DNA of 63,685 nucleotides, from assembly GCA_030248215.1 (NCBI GenBank), contig JASANG010002859.1:434001-497685 (forward strand), given 5' to 3'. Origin of the DNA: Enoplolaimus lenunculus. Its lineage: Eukaryota. The notes under the pieces were generated by a model. That model was not told the origin of the DNA. It was given only the letters and a program-made list of their open reading frames with translations, and ran no database searches. The translations under genes and the position numbers were made by a program. This document shows positions 13,701 to 25,545 of this stretch, piece after piece (the stretch's first letter is position 1; each line of letters begins with the position of its first letter).

Positions 13701-14091
13701 CAATGAGAATACAATTGGATACGAACGTTTGGTACCAGAACCAGGGCCAGAAGGTGAACACAAAGAGAAGCCGTCTGATTATTGTGGCATTCGTGATGCA
13801 GTATGGTTTTCAGAAAAGCTTCAACGCCGCCGCCCAAGCTATGCAAAGGCAATTTTGACCAAAAACACACCAATAGCGAATAGTAAAAGAAGGGAATCGC
13901 TAGCAAGAGACCAACAGCTGTCTATCGGTAAACATGTTGATCACAGACTGGTTGCTGAAATCCAAAATGTTAGCAATCGTTCGTTAGGTCGAGATTACCG
14001 AGAATCGACCATACAGGATATGTCGAGTCGTGGAAATGATGATATTGAAGCTGAATTAGCAGATTTAAACAGAACCATAACTTTGGTGTAA
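7783..14091 (+). CDS. Uncharacterised spliced gene: single-pass membrane protein with a long low-complexity cytoplasmic tail
   Basis: Phase-consistent AG/GT exons 7783-7863, 8784-9213 (hydrophobic YYLSVTSLFVAGLLFTIAI), 10053-10248 and 12209-14091 (contains the 601-aa ORF, ends ...RTITLV*). Possible further 5' exons 2308-2365 and 6564-6606 keep frame (896 aa total) but are weak. No family recognised. Confidence 0.6.
8125..8285. mobile_element. TTAGGC-carrying MITE family A
   Basis: TIR (G)GCCCATGTATAGAACA...TGTTCTATACATGGGCC; TSD CTGATTTT/CTGATTTG. Confidence 0.75.
8459..8718. mobile_element. piggyBac-like MITE (family E) with tRNA-like module
   Basis: TTAA at 8455-58 and 8719-22; ends CCCTTT(A)TCACA...TGTGAGAACAGG; further copies at 11613, 17592 and 35229. 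Confidence 0.75.
9361..9750. mobile_element. TTAGGC-carrying MITE family B with right end repeated three times
   Basis: TIR core TGTTACTTTAAGGGGCGT...ACGCCCCTTAAAGTAACA; terminal ~66-bp unit present 3x. Confidence 0.75.
9879..10036. mobile_element. TTAGGC-carrying MITE family A variant, degenerate
   Basis: ATCAGGGGCGAAACGTTTTTCTG end, TTAGGC units, ATGCTTATACTACTGTT motif. Confidence 0.6.
10381..10827. mobile_element. TTAGGC-carrying MITE family A variant with internal amplification
   Basis: GGCCAATGTAAAGAAC...TTTTTCATGGGCC; repeated (GCCTAA)n-CGTAAGAATGAGCATATTC modules. Confidence 0.75.
11613..12198. mobile_element. piggyBac-like MITE (family E) interrupted by a family D MITE
   Basis: TTAA-CCCTTTCTCACATG...AAAGGG-TTAT; homologous to 8459-8718 once 11832-12174 is removed. 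Confidence 0.75.
11832..12174. mobile_element. AT-rich MITE family D (TA TSD, Tc1/mariner-like)
   Basis: TA-CTCTCTAAAA...TTTTAGAGAG-TA; nested in a family E copy. Confidence 0.7.
12209..14091 (+). CDS. Large terminal coding exon of the uncharacterised gene
   Basis: Acceptor TTTTCAG at 12202-12208, then a 1.88-kb stop-free frame in otherwise stop-rich AT-rich DNA. Confidence 0.85.
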
Positions 14092-14840
14092 CTTTCGTGC
14101 AATCACTGGTGGATCCAGAGGGGGGGGGCAGAGGGGGTCGGTCGGAGGAAAACGCCGCCCCACCATCTGAAAATTTGTGTTGAAATGATAAGGTACCCTA
14201 CCTTACAATTTTCCCTCTCAGAACATTTTTTGTAAAAAAATTTTCCCGCAGAATTTTTGTGTGACAAAATGATAAGGTCCCGCTAACCTTAGTTTTGCGT
14301 TTCATAACATTTGCCAGCCCGCCCCCCGTCAGAAATTTTTGGATCCGACTCTGCGTGGAAAAATGCCAAGATACAACCGCGGGGATCGACGTTTGGAAAA
14401 ATGTGAAAGGATTTACAAATAAACTGGTTTGCAGTTTTAGCTGAAGCTGTTGTATAAACATTTTACGAGTAATTTATAAAAAACACACCCGTAGCCAAAT
14501 CAGGGGCTAAAACTTTTCTCAGGAGGGGCATACAAGGTTCGTCGATGAGATACAAGCAAAGTTGACAATTTCCTAGGGGGGGCTGAGCCCCTCTTGGCCA
14601 TGAGCCTGGTGGTAGTGAAAAAACATACAATATTTGCAATAACTATTATTTCCACTATGGTGCATTGACAAATTAAGTTTTCAGAGGTGTACAATATTCT
14701 TCGGGCGGGGCGTTCAACATCCGCACCCCATTTAGCCGTACGTTGAGCATGTCTGGTTGTAAAATACTCGATTGTCGTTAATTTTCACTCGGGGGGAAAT
14801 CTAGCACAACCCCTTTTAATCTCTGACTGTAACACCATAA

Positions 14841-15077
14841 TATCGGATTGATGAAAACGTGTCAGACTTGTGCCCAAAATGCGGCATCAGGCCACACACC
14901 GTTGAACACGTTTTCGACTACAAAGCTAAACCAACCACATTGGATGTATCAGCGTTATGGATCAGACCATGGGAAGTGATTGCTTGGTTCGGCTCGACAC
15001 TGACAGATGGACAAAGCGATGGTGGGATGAACGAATGACGTTGGTTACGTCTACCAGAAGACGAAGAGAAGAACAAC
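14841..15077 (+). mobile_element. 5'-truncated non-LTR retrotransposon (C-terminal zinc-knuckle region)
   Basis: Translates YRIDENVSDLCPKCGIRPHTVEHVFDYKAKPTTLDVSALWIRPWEVIAWF, resembling the CxxC-HT-xH..PT.L..LW..P end of LINE ORF2; GAA-rich tail ~15056-15077. Confidence 0.7.
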
Positions 15078-15282
15078 GCTGTAGACAAGGGTAATTGGCA
15101 ATGTTTTACCGGTCTCTGAAACGAGACGTCAATAGTAAAAAGTGAACACGGGAAAGCATAAAAAGTTATAAATATTTCGTAAAAACTTAGTTGAATATGA
15201 AAGTTATTTTTAATCAGTTCACTAAAATTTGTCTAAGTTACAGAACGTACAATATAAAATTTAGAGTCGTATTTGATATTTC

Positions 15283-15509
15283 GGCCTGTGTATGCAACAG
15301 GGGCGGCACAGTAGTATAAGAGTATTCCTATGCCTAAACCAAAGCGTAAAAACGAGCGTATACCTACAACGAAGCAAAAAATTAGCCTAAAGCTTAAGTT
15401 TACTCAATTCCAGACCGATAAGATGAAGCAAAAAAATTAGTCTAAAGCTTAAGTTTACTCTATTCCAGTCCGACAGAAAAACGTTCCGCTCCTCATCTTT
15501 ACATGGACT
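15283..15509. mobile_element. TTAGGC-carrying MITE family A variant, degenerate
   Basis: GGCCTGTGTATGCAACAGGGGCGG...CTTTACATGGACT; imperfect TSD GATATTTC/GATACTTT. Confidence 0.6.
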
Positions 15510-15618
15510 GATACTTTAGCATCTAAATTTCGTAATACCATTTCTTAATTCCAATAGGATCATAAAGCATACGAAGTCAGAACATCTGATGTGGCAACAC
15601 GATACTTATTCGAAAATT

Positions 15619-15811
15619 GGCCGATGTTACGTTTAGGGGCATAACAGTAGATTAAGTCTAAGCCTAATTCTAAACCTAAGCGTTGCAAAAATGAGTTTCT
15701 AAGCCTAAGCCTAAGCCTAAGCCTAATCCTAAGCAAAAATGAAATCTAGAATCTAAACCTACTCTTGTAGATCCACCAGGAACCTGGACATTCTTTCAAG
15801 TAACATGGGCC
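15619..15811. mobile_element. TTAGGC-carrying MITE family B
   Basis: GGCCGATGTTAC...GTAACATGGGCC; TSD CGAAAATT/CGAAAAAT. Confidence 0.75.
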
Positions 15812-16280
15812 CGAAAAATAATATGTCGCTATTCTCTATTTCTCAAAAAAACAGCTCTACGATAGTAATAATTTTTTGTCATTTTGTATTGCTGATGGCT
15901 TCAACCAGCGGTTCAGCACCCAAGACGACGCAGTGGAAGCCACCCGTTCCGTTTTTGAAATTAGAAAATATTTCATAAAATATTGAATAAAAAATTTCAT
16001 GAAAAAAATAGAAGCGATTACTACTTTACAAATCAGCAAAATAACTGAAAAACTTTGGTTTATGGTCTGTCTTTTGCCCTCTCAATTTTGGCTAAAGTTT
16101 ACCAGTTTTGGAATATCATCCTACAGGGAATACAAAATATGACATTGCAGCCGTTATTTGACAACCATTTTTCTAAATATAAGTTTCATATGTGTGCGTT
16201 TGTTATGTCAAAAATTAAATAAGCGAGCATATAACTGTGGATTTCCAAAGCTGTGAGATTAAAAGGGCAGAAAAAAATGT

Positions 16281-16645
16281 GGCCCATTTATAGAACAGGG
16301 CCGGATCGTTTTCCGGAGAGACTATAATAGAGTCAGCTTAAGCTTTAGACTAATTTTTTTGCTTAGGCTTAGGAATAGGCTCATTCATTCGCTTAGGCTT
16401 AGGCTTAGGCTTAGGCTTAGGCTTAGTCTTAGGCTTAGGCTTAGGCTTAGGCTTAGGCTTAGGCTTAGGCTTAGGCTTAGGCTTAGGCTTAGGCTTAGGC
16501 TTAGGCTTAGGCTTAGGCTTAGGCTTAGGCTTAGGCTTAGGCTTAGGCTTAGGCTTAAGCTTAGGCTTAGGCTTAGGCTTAGGCTTAGGCTTAGGCTTAC
16601 GAATATGCTTATACTACTGTTCCAGCCCTGCTCTAAACATGGGCC
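16281..16645. mobile_element. TTAGGC-carrying MITE family A with long telomeric tract
   Basis: TIRs GGCCCATTTATAGAACAGGGC / GCCCTGCTCTAAACATGGGCC; perfect TSD AAAAATGT; ~34 near-perfect TTAGGC units at ~16391-16598. Confidence 0.85.
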
Positions 16646-17591
16646 AAAAATGTCGTATATGGTATATTCTAAATTTTAGATGACTTCGTCGATCTGAATT
16701 TTTGTTTGACTAAATAAAATGGGCTGGTTTGTATAATAACTGCTGTCTCAGTATATCGATACCCTTTTTGAATATTTTCATGCTGTCTATCTTCCCTCTC
16801 CCCTCTATATAAGGTTTCCCTTGCACACCTAAACAACCTAATCCTAATACCTTCACCTCCACCTGAGCCTAAAGCTAAGCGTCACCCTAAACCTGACCAT
16901 GTGATAATGTACTAGGCCCATGTATAGAACAGGGCCGGATCGTTTTCCAGAAACACCGTCGTAGCTTAAGCCTCTGAGATACTGAAGTGAGTATATGGTA
17001 TATTGAAGCTTTTAGGCTTCGGCATCTACTGCGATACTCCCTCAAAAGTTACCTAGTGTTGGCATGATATTGTAGAAGTTACAAAACTCGGTTTAACTCA
17101 AGCTAATCTAGTGTATTGATCAAATTTTCCAGTTTATAACTAAACTGACTTGTACTTAACGCTTAAACGTATTTCAAATTCACTTATTTTTAATTTGAAC
17201 AATTTCTTACAGATACTTACATAACTTTTGAGCAGCACTTGCAACGCAAGCCGCCAATGATATTAGCTCAAACTTGTGTTAAGACTTAAAAATTTGTTAG
17301 CTTAAGTGGCCGAAGAACAGGGCCATAAGTGAAGCCTAAACTTAAGCCTAAGCGTAAGATTGGGCTTATTCTTAAGCCAAAGCCTAACCAAAAAATTAGT
17401 GTAAGGCTTGAGTTTACTCTATTACAGTCTCGCAGAAATAGGTTCCACTGCTCATCCTTACGCACCGTTTAAGTTAAACATAAAATTTTAGTTTAGTTTG
17501 TCCGACCAGCCATTTATGTTTTGCAAAACTGTATTCAACTTTATATTCGTTTTTTGTGGATGCAGTAACTAAAGCGCCAACGGAAGTTTAA

Positions 17592-17853
17592 CCCCTTCTC
17601 ACATTGAGTTGCCTATAGGCAACTCAGCGCAATGTATATACGGTAAGTAATATATTCGCACCGTGTTTAACAATTGCAACACATATACATATTACTAAAT
17701 CACCACAAGACGTGAGAGCCCCCTCGGGCTCGACCGTCAAGCTCCTATAGCTGAGTGGTCATCGTAAACGCCTCCCACTACAGTCACTGGAGTTCGAATC
17801 CTAGCATAAAAGTAGGTCTCAAAAGAAATAGAAAGTATTCACGTGAGAAAGGG
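17592..17853. mobile_element. piggyBac-like MITE (family E), reverse orientation
   Basis: TTAA flanks at 17588-91 and 17854-57; reverse complement of 8459-8718; A box TAGCTGAGTGG ~17747 and B box GAGTTCGAATCC ~17790. Confidence 0.8.
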
Positions 17854-19440
17854 TTAAGTACAAACTCTAAGATCGATACTACCACTCAAATAAGCTTCAA
17901 GCACTACAGACTATTCTGGTTTTCGCATTTCATATTAAATATAAGATTATTTTCGGACAGGGTGTAATCGGATAAAATCCGTTTCCGCTTCCGTTATTTT
18001 GTTCACTATCGGTTTCCACTTCCGTTTCCGTACAGAATGGCAAAAACTTTTGTTTCTTAAAAGTATAACATTGTCCCAGATTTACACTGAGAATAGGTAT
18101 ATTCATACTTTTTGGGCTAGTGTAGAACCGCGACGGAACAGAATTATAAGCATATTCCTAAGTCTAAGTCTATAAACCTAAGCCTAAGCCTAAGCCTAAG
18201 TCAAGCGAAAAATAGTCTAAAGCTTAAGCTTAATCTAATCCCACAGAAAAACTCTACGAACGAGCCGTGTTTATGCTAATTATATAATTATGTTACTGAA
18301 CTAATTTCAGCAGGTTTTTAAATTCGAGGTATATCGACCTCAATAAACGAAAATATTTTTAAAAAAACTCTGCGAACGAAGCGAGCGAAAAGCCGGTGGC
18401 ACTTTTTTATTCCACCTAATTGAAGATATACTAATTGCCCTCCGTAGGTGGCTGTGCCACTCCTAAAAAAATTTGAAATTAAAAACTAAAACGAATCTAA
18501 AACCAAAACCTAAATCCACACCTTAAGGGAGTCCCCGGCTCCGCCTAGTCTCTCGTAGAACTTAAGTTAGGCTCAGGGTTGCTAAACCGCGTAAAATTTA
18601 TAAAATCTATGCATGGCGGCTGCGTCCACAAGGTATTAGTATCAGGAGCCCTGCGTGGCCATAATATATATATTTTTGCTGGCCTAGTGTGCCAAAGCAC
18701 TTAGCTAGGGGGTTTGGGGGTTTATGTTGTTGTTGTTGTTAGGTTATTGTAATGATGGATTCAAGTGTCCCTAAGGTGCCCGAGACACCCCGGACCCTCA
18801 AATTATGGATATGCAAATCAGCTCAACACGGGGGCTGGGGTAGCCAGCCCCCAAAATCATTATTGTATATTTCAACCTAGAATGTGTTGTGCTTTTGGCT
18901 CGCAATTTATTGGTTTTTATTGAGTTGATCTGCATAGGTGAACGGGGTGACTTAGGCAAAACAGGCGTTTAATTGGCATTAGAGTCACGGTAGCTCAATG
19001 TGAGCCCACGGTGAACCGGCAGTAGGAATTCAGCAACAGGGGGCAAGTTTCGGCTGTTTTTAGGGGATATCTTGGGATTTTGTGCGGTTACTTGGGATTG
19101 TACGGAAATTCTGGGAATTGTCACGTTAAGTTTGTGAGCTTGTGACTTAGTTGAACAACAGGGTTAAGGTATAGTAGTAGACGTGCGGAAAGCACCTTAA
19201 CAAAGGAACTTTCGGCACATTCAGTTGAATAAGTTCAGCAGGATAAGCATATTACTTGTATTGTTTCGGTACTCGTGCTTTACTCGTTTAGTTTTACTAC
19301 GGCGTTGGGGGAATAAAAGGGGAAACACGACTGCATTATTGAACCAGGGCGATCTAGCGTCATTGGAATACGGACATAAACGCGGAGTTGGTCGTTTCTA
19401 TAGGCATCCGAAATTACGAACTATTTACACCCTCCATATA

Positions 19441-19572
19441 TCCCGTTGGTCTGGGACATTAATATAAAAGTCGAATTTTTCAAATCCCGTTGGTCTGGGA
19501 CATTAATATAAAAGTCGAATTTTTCAAATCCCGTTGGTCTGGGACATTAATATAAAAGTCGAATTTTTCAAA
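19441..19572. repeat. 44-bp tandem triplication
   Basis: TCCCGTTGGTCTGGGACATTAATATAAAAGTCGAATTTTTCAAA x3. Confidence 0.9.
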
Positions 19573-20229
19573 AATTTAATTTGAGTGCGTAACGATCATT
19601 GGAGGTCGCGAAAAACTAAAATTAACAAAAAAACGTGAAATCCAACCATTTTTTGGCAAACGCTGGAAGGCAGAACGTCTCTACACCTGTGCATTATTAA
19701 CACAATTCATCTCCATAAAACAAATTAAATTTTATTACGAGTCCCGTTTACTACTTTGTAAAAACACTTTACTTAAAATACTTTAGTTATATTTTACTAA
19801 CTTTTTTAGTAAAAGTGTCTTAAATATTGAGTAAATATTTGCTGAAATAATGTAAATAAGTAAATCTACTCGTGTCATTTCCTGATTAATTGAGTAAATG
19901 TATTAAAGCTAAGAATTTTGTGTTTGCTTAAAATTAAGTAAACTTTGATTTTTAGTGAGTATTTTTTTACTCAAGCAATTTTTAGTATCAAAAAATCTTA
20001 ACCTAACAGGAGAAGATACGAGAGGGTTACCGTATGACATCCAGTTACCATTTTTTGAATAAATATATCCAGGTAAAAACCTAATTTTCAATAGATTAAG
20101 TATCTTATACCAGTACGTTACTACTTACTGGTTTATCTCGCTGTTAAGCAACACATATCTCAAAGCCTGTTGTAGATTTAACTATTGCTCACTGTTGATG
20201 ATAAATTATTGGTCACACTTGTGTGATAA

Positions 20230-20429
20230 AACCTTATATGATTGAAATCAGGGGCGGAACGTTTTTCTGTAACACTAGAATTGAATAAGCTTAAGCTTTA
20301 GACTAATTTTTTGCATGGCTTAGGCTGAGGCTTAGGCTGAGGAATATGCTCATTCTTACGCTTATGTTTAGGCTTAGGCTTAGGAATATGCTTATAATAC
20401 AATTCCGCCCCTGTTTTGTACATTGGCCA
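20230..20429. mobile_element. TTAGGC-carrying MITE family A variant
   Basis: ATCAGGGGCGGAACGTTTTTCTG...CCGCCCCTGTTTTGTACATTGGCC with TTAGGC units; left end degenerate. Confidence 0.65.
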
Positions 20430-23400
20430 TTATTTCAGTATCTGTTTAATATATGAATATTAGTTTGATTTTCTGTCCTTGTGTCAAAACGGAAGCTTTT
20501 TGTTTCATGTCAGACGTCACATGGTACACATATATTCACATGGTTTTCTCGAGAAGCAATGTATATAAGGTCTATACCCAAAGAATCAGGCGGGCAGCAA
20601 TAGAGAGCCGGCTCTTCTCAGATTCTCAGAATCAATACCTTGTATCATGATTTAGTGCTTAAATTGTAGTCAGGAGTGGGGGCTCTCTCCAAATCCCAGG
20701 ATGCCCCCCCCAAACTCGAGAGCGAAGCGAGCGAGAAGCCAGACGTATTTTAAAACTTAAGCGGTGTCTGTTTCAACCGGTTCGGGTGGGGCTTCTTTAG
20801 GGGTGGGGCCCTCAAATGGGGGGTATGACGAGTGGCTGTTCCGGCCCTCTCAGTAGCCAGGCGAAGGAAACTTACCTTCCGCATATTTTGTGGAAGACAA
20901 ATGATTAATCAGTCTCGGCAGACATAGTAAAATCTTTAACCACTCTTTCGTGATTCAGAAACAAAACGATTTTCTTGCTCGCTACGTCACAGCTCCAGTA
21001 AACTTGTATTAAAACACTGCTTAGAACCTTGCGTCCGTATTCTAGTACTCAAGGAAATAAACTAAAAAAACGAATGTTTTAAAGGTTTAACCTTTTAAAT
21101 ATTATAATTTTAGTTTCATGTCTGCCTAAAGCAAGTAAAATGTGTATGCCTACTTTGCGTTTTTAGTAAATAGTTGTTGTTGCAGTGTTGGTACTAACAG
21201 GTGATTTGCTGTCTTAGAAGAATTACTTTATTCCCTTCTGCGTATATCAGGCCAATTGGAATTTGTTCTATATTAACAAATTTACGCTGGCAATTTTTTT
21301 ATTGACTTTGGCCATGGATGCCGACAGGTATGCGAAACGGAGTGCGCAGCGGCATTTCGTCGCAATTTATGCCGGAATCGAATTTTGACTCGGTTTGTGT
21401 AGTCCAGAAAAGCTTATTTCGGAGAGAGTTAATTTGATTCACCATTTTTTGCAGTACACTTTGAAACACTTGCACAACGCAGTGAACGCAGCTCGAAAAA
21501 CGTTTTTCGAGGGTGACCGCATAAATAGTAACAAAACAAGCCAGCAAATCGAGCAAGAAGGCAGACACAATTTTAGTACCAAATTTTAGCATTTAATCTA
21601 TGGTATGGGGGTAAACCTGGATGCCCCCACGCCATGGATCAACCGATGGCCGAGCGTAGATTGAACGCAAACAAATAAGACTTTTTTGTTCACTTTTATT
21701 GCGTGACTCAATAAATATCTAATTATGGTTTAGGTTTGACGTTTTATGCATGTGCCAAAAACTCTCAAGCTTTAGACTAATTTGTCATATGTGTTTATTT
21801 TCCGCCGCATTGAAGACTAACAACATGGACCCAGGCCTATAGCCAGCTCACCTTGCTAAGGAAAAAGCTAAATGTTTTTCAAGAAGGGCATACAAGGGTC
21901 TTCTATGACGTACAAGCATGGTTGAAAATTTTATATACGGGCCAAAATTCTTTTCTGGGGGGGGCTAAGCCCCGGTGGTTACCCTCTGCCAGCGGGTGCT
22001 CGTGGGCCTCAGTAATTGCGCTGAATTGAATATAGCTGCAGTTCAGCTAAGTTACCTAAGCATGACACGTTTTGCACCAAAAGCCTCTCCTGCACTTCCA
22101 GGTCATGCATTGTGGACAGGAGTAAGTACAGGGAACCGATATTTATTTGGCCTATCCGGAGTGTATCTCCTGTTGTTCGGTTACGGACTGTTATTTATTT
22201 TCAACCCGACTTCCGCCGCCTTTCGTTACTTACGTATAACCACCGGTATTGCAACTATACGTTGATGTTGAATTAAACATTTATTTATCTTGTATAAAAA
22301 ACTTGAGTGATAATGCAAGGTTATACTTAGGAATGTACTTTGAAAACTTAAGCATGCTTTAAAGTATCGAACTCAGCTTTATTTGATCCTGGAGTCATTT
22401 TATGCACTGCAATTAGGTATTATTATGGACTCTAATTGGGGTTTAGTTACTCAATCCGCTTACAGATCCTTATTAGGGATACGAACTGCTATTTATTGGG
22501 ACTCAAAATGTGGACCCCTCTCATCATAAATTTTAGTAAAAGATATATTTCTTTTATCCATCCTCTTGATTCTGGGGCCCATGTTTTAATATTTTTAGCG
22601 TTGTATTAACGCGTCATCGTGTGCACCTTGGGGTATCTCAAACATGTATCGTAAGCTTACAAATCCGCAATTTCTAATCGAAACACGAACCCGTTCGATT
22701 TGGTTGCTATTCAGGAGAACCCAATATTCAGGAGAACCCAAAGATTCAATGGTGCCTTTTTCCCAGTTCCCATATTCTCAAATTTGTGATACACGTGCCA
22801 CCAGTTAGCAATTGGTTTTCAAACTGACAAACTCCTACAACTGCGAGCCTAACAATTGGCACAGAAATATAACCAATCGAATGCGAGAAATGTCTTTAAT
22901 TTCGAACGTCAATTTTCATTGGTTCATATAAGCTACCAATCATCTGCTTGTGATAGGCGCTAGACTCGGCTGGGTCCGATCCGGTCGCTATGTTTGTTTT
23001 ACAAATTTTCTTACGTCTCTGATTAGGAAATGGAACGAAATGAAGTCAAATCATGGTATTTCTATATTTTGCTCTGTATTTTACAGAAGCTATCCAAAAA
23101 TGTAGAACAGCATTTAAATGTAGTATAAGAATTTTCGAAACGAGTTTCTTGTGTTTTACTAGCGGAAAAAGTTCCCAGCAATCCTGTGACAAAAAATTTC
23201 CAAAACGAGGGGGCTCTTGATTCATAACCCGGCGACACCCTTGGTATGCAACCATTGACGTTTCCGCATGCACCCATCGGCTGAGATTTAACCTAGATGT
23301 CACATAATCTAGCTCTCCATTTAACAAACTTCAAAATAGCCTAATTTGAAATCTAAAGGCAAAAACAATTTTTCAAATTAATTAACTATCCTATCACGCC

Positions 23401-23995
23401 TAGCGCCGGCGCCATCAAAGGCCAGAACATTTTCTATCTAAACGTCTTTTGTTAACAAATAGGTGGGAACATCAGTTAAATCCAGACCGTGATTTGATTC
23501 GCTGGTCCACAGGGCACCTATGTGAACCTCATTATACGGCTATCCGTCAAAGGCGTTTTCATGACTACTTCCGTCGTCATGGATTCGTTGAAACCGCAAT
23601 TTCCGAGTACCCAGCCTCATCGGCTTGTATTATAATCCGCGTCTGGTTCACCACGCAAAAAATTATTATTTATTTATCGTCGAACAGACCATGGGTATCG
23701 TACAAAACCGTTGCATAAAGGGTTGTTTCACAGTGGAACCAAATTAAATTATTCATTATATATTTACATTTTTGCACCGAGGCCAGTTGCGTCATACATA
23801 TAGCCGTTCCATTAATATGCGTAACTTGTAATTCACACGCCTTTATGCTTCTGATACGGGCAGATAGAGTTTTTCTGCTTTGAGTCTGACACTGGAGTAC
23901 AAAGTAAATTGCAGTTGGAATAGTCGCTGCCGAAAATAAAACGAATAAGAAATTTTGTAACAAATACAAAACGCCATTCATTTTTCAGCTTCTAT

Positions 23996-24204
23996 CACTG
24001 CAAAAAATGGTGAGTCAAATTGACTCTCTCCGAAATAGACTCTACGGGACTACACAAAATGAGTCAAATTCGACTCCGCCAGAGTCAAACGCGAGACTCA
24101 GTGATTCGAATTTGTCTCTGGCAGAGGCGAATTTGACTTAGTTTGTGCAGTCCCGAAAAGCCTATTTCGGAGAGACTCAGTTTGACTCACCATTTTTTGC
24201 AGTG
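23996..24204. mobile_element. Palindromic MITE family G
   Basis: Long TIR CACTGCAAAAAATGGTGAGTCAAA...TTTGACTCACCATTTTTTGCAGTG; related copies ~21381-21455, ~26665-26856 and ~32941-33048. Confidence 0.8.
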
Positions 24205-24837
24205 TATATATAATTACTAACGTGGTTGTAATAACTCCAACCCTCATTTTAAAACTTTGGCGGTTTATGTTTCAACTGGTTAGATTCAATACCATGAAAG
24301 CTTAGGATCACCTAAAGCAAAATGTGTCCATAAATAAACGTTAAAATAAAAAGACAAAAACCTGATTTAGGTTTGGTACAGTATGGCTCTGATATATTAA
24401 AGGGCCATATGCAAGCAGAGTAGATGGGCTTATATCACATCTCTAGCAATTTCGTAAAAAAATAGAAACATTTCAGCGGATACATTAAGACATCCTGACT
24501 ACATATCTAGTATCACAATACAAAGTATGTGTACCTACCGACCCTAATTTTCGCCACTCTCGATACCAAACATACCTTTGTGTAAATAATACTGAAAACA
24601 GAAACCGTATTAATACTAAGGGTCCTGACGAGAATGGTCTTTGTCACCGGCGAATCCAAAAGGGGCACCTTGGTTTAGGCCCTACAGCTGGGAGCAAAAC
24701 TGAGATTTCGCATGAACGTTTAGCGTTAATATGTCGTTTATAGCTTCAGTTTCGCTTTGCTCAAGACTTTTCACAATTAGGTGTACATCCAGCGGCTTCC
24801 GCCAATCGGTAATTTGTTGACGCGCCACTGGTGTTTA

Positions 24838-25016
24838 GGCCAATGTAAACATCAGGGGCGGAACGTTTTTCTGTATGACTGCAAGAGAGTAAACTTAAGC
24901 TTTACACTAATTTTTTGGCTTAGGCTTAGGCTTTGGAATATGCTCATTCTTACACTAAGGCTTAGGCTTAGGAATATGCTTATAATACTGTTCCGCCCCT
25001 GTTCTTTACATTCGCC
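24838..25016. mobile_element. TTAGGC-carrying MITE family A variant
   Basis: GGCCAATGTAAACATCAGGGGCGG...CCGCCCCTGTTCTTTACATTCGCC. Confidence 0.75.
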
Positions 25017-25278
25017 CTGGTATTTTTTGTGCTCAGCGATACCAGTTTGAAAAACCGATATCACTCAAAATCCTACTTGCAATAATACCTTTTTTGAGTT
25101 TTGTTTGCATACGTTTTTAAAAATTGTCGGATTTGACATACAGAACCATGAATGCATCATGGTTTAGTTTTTCTTCTATTGACAGGCATTTACTGATTAC
25201 ACTTGTATTGTCTTCATATTTGTTGTCTTGATACGGATAGATAAATGGCTAAAAAGGGATGGTTAAATTTGATGTAAA

Positions 25279-25545
25279 ATCCATGGAAGGTCCCAGTGCA
25301 CTCAAAATCATATTTCTGACATTTAAGAAAAAATTTCTTACATTTAAGAAATATGATTAGCAAAGTGCACTTGAAAATTATTTCTGTTAACAGAAAAGTT
25401 TTCAAAAAAGTTTTGAAATAATGTTTGAAAATAAACGTTTTCTAGTTATTTTTTAGAAAACTTGTCTTAAATATCAGAAAAACTTTTCAGATTTGCCACA
25501 GAAAATACTTTTTTGTACAAATTCAGAAATTATTTTTTGTGTGTG
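25279..25545. repeat. ~250-bp dispersed repeat (second copy ~26253-26505), probable MITE
   Basis: CACTCAAAA...TTTTTTGTGTGTG ends; shared core CAGAAAAGTTTTCAAAAAAGTTTTGAAATAA. Confidence 0.65.

Noticed and set aside
16391..16598. True chromosome end or healed break
   Set aside because: The tract is enclosed by TIRs and a perfect TSD, with unique sequence on both sides.
16359..16679. Poly-(LR) ORF and similar LRLRL/LSLSL ORFs elsewhere
   Set aside because: Translations of (TTAGGC)n inside MITEs.
17742..17805. Functional tRNA gene
   Set aside because: A and B boxes are present, but there is no convincing cloverleaf and it lies inside a multi-copy MITE.
18725..19300. Possible minus-strand retroelement ending in (AAC)n
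   Set aside because: Translations are broken by stops and show no clear RT or zinc-knuckle motif.
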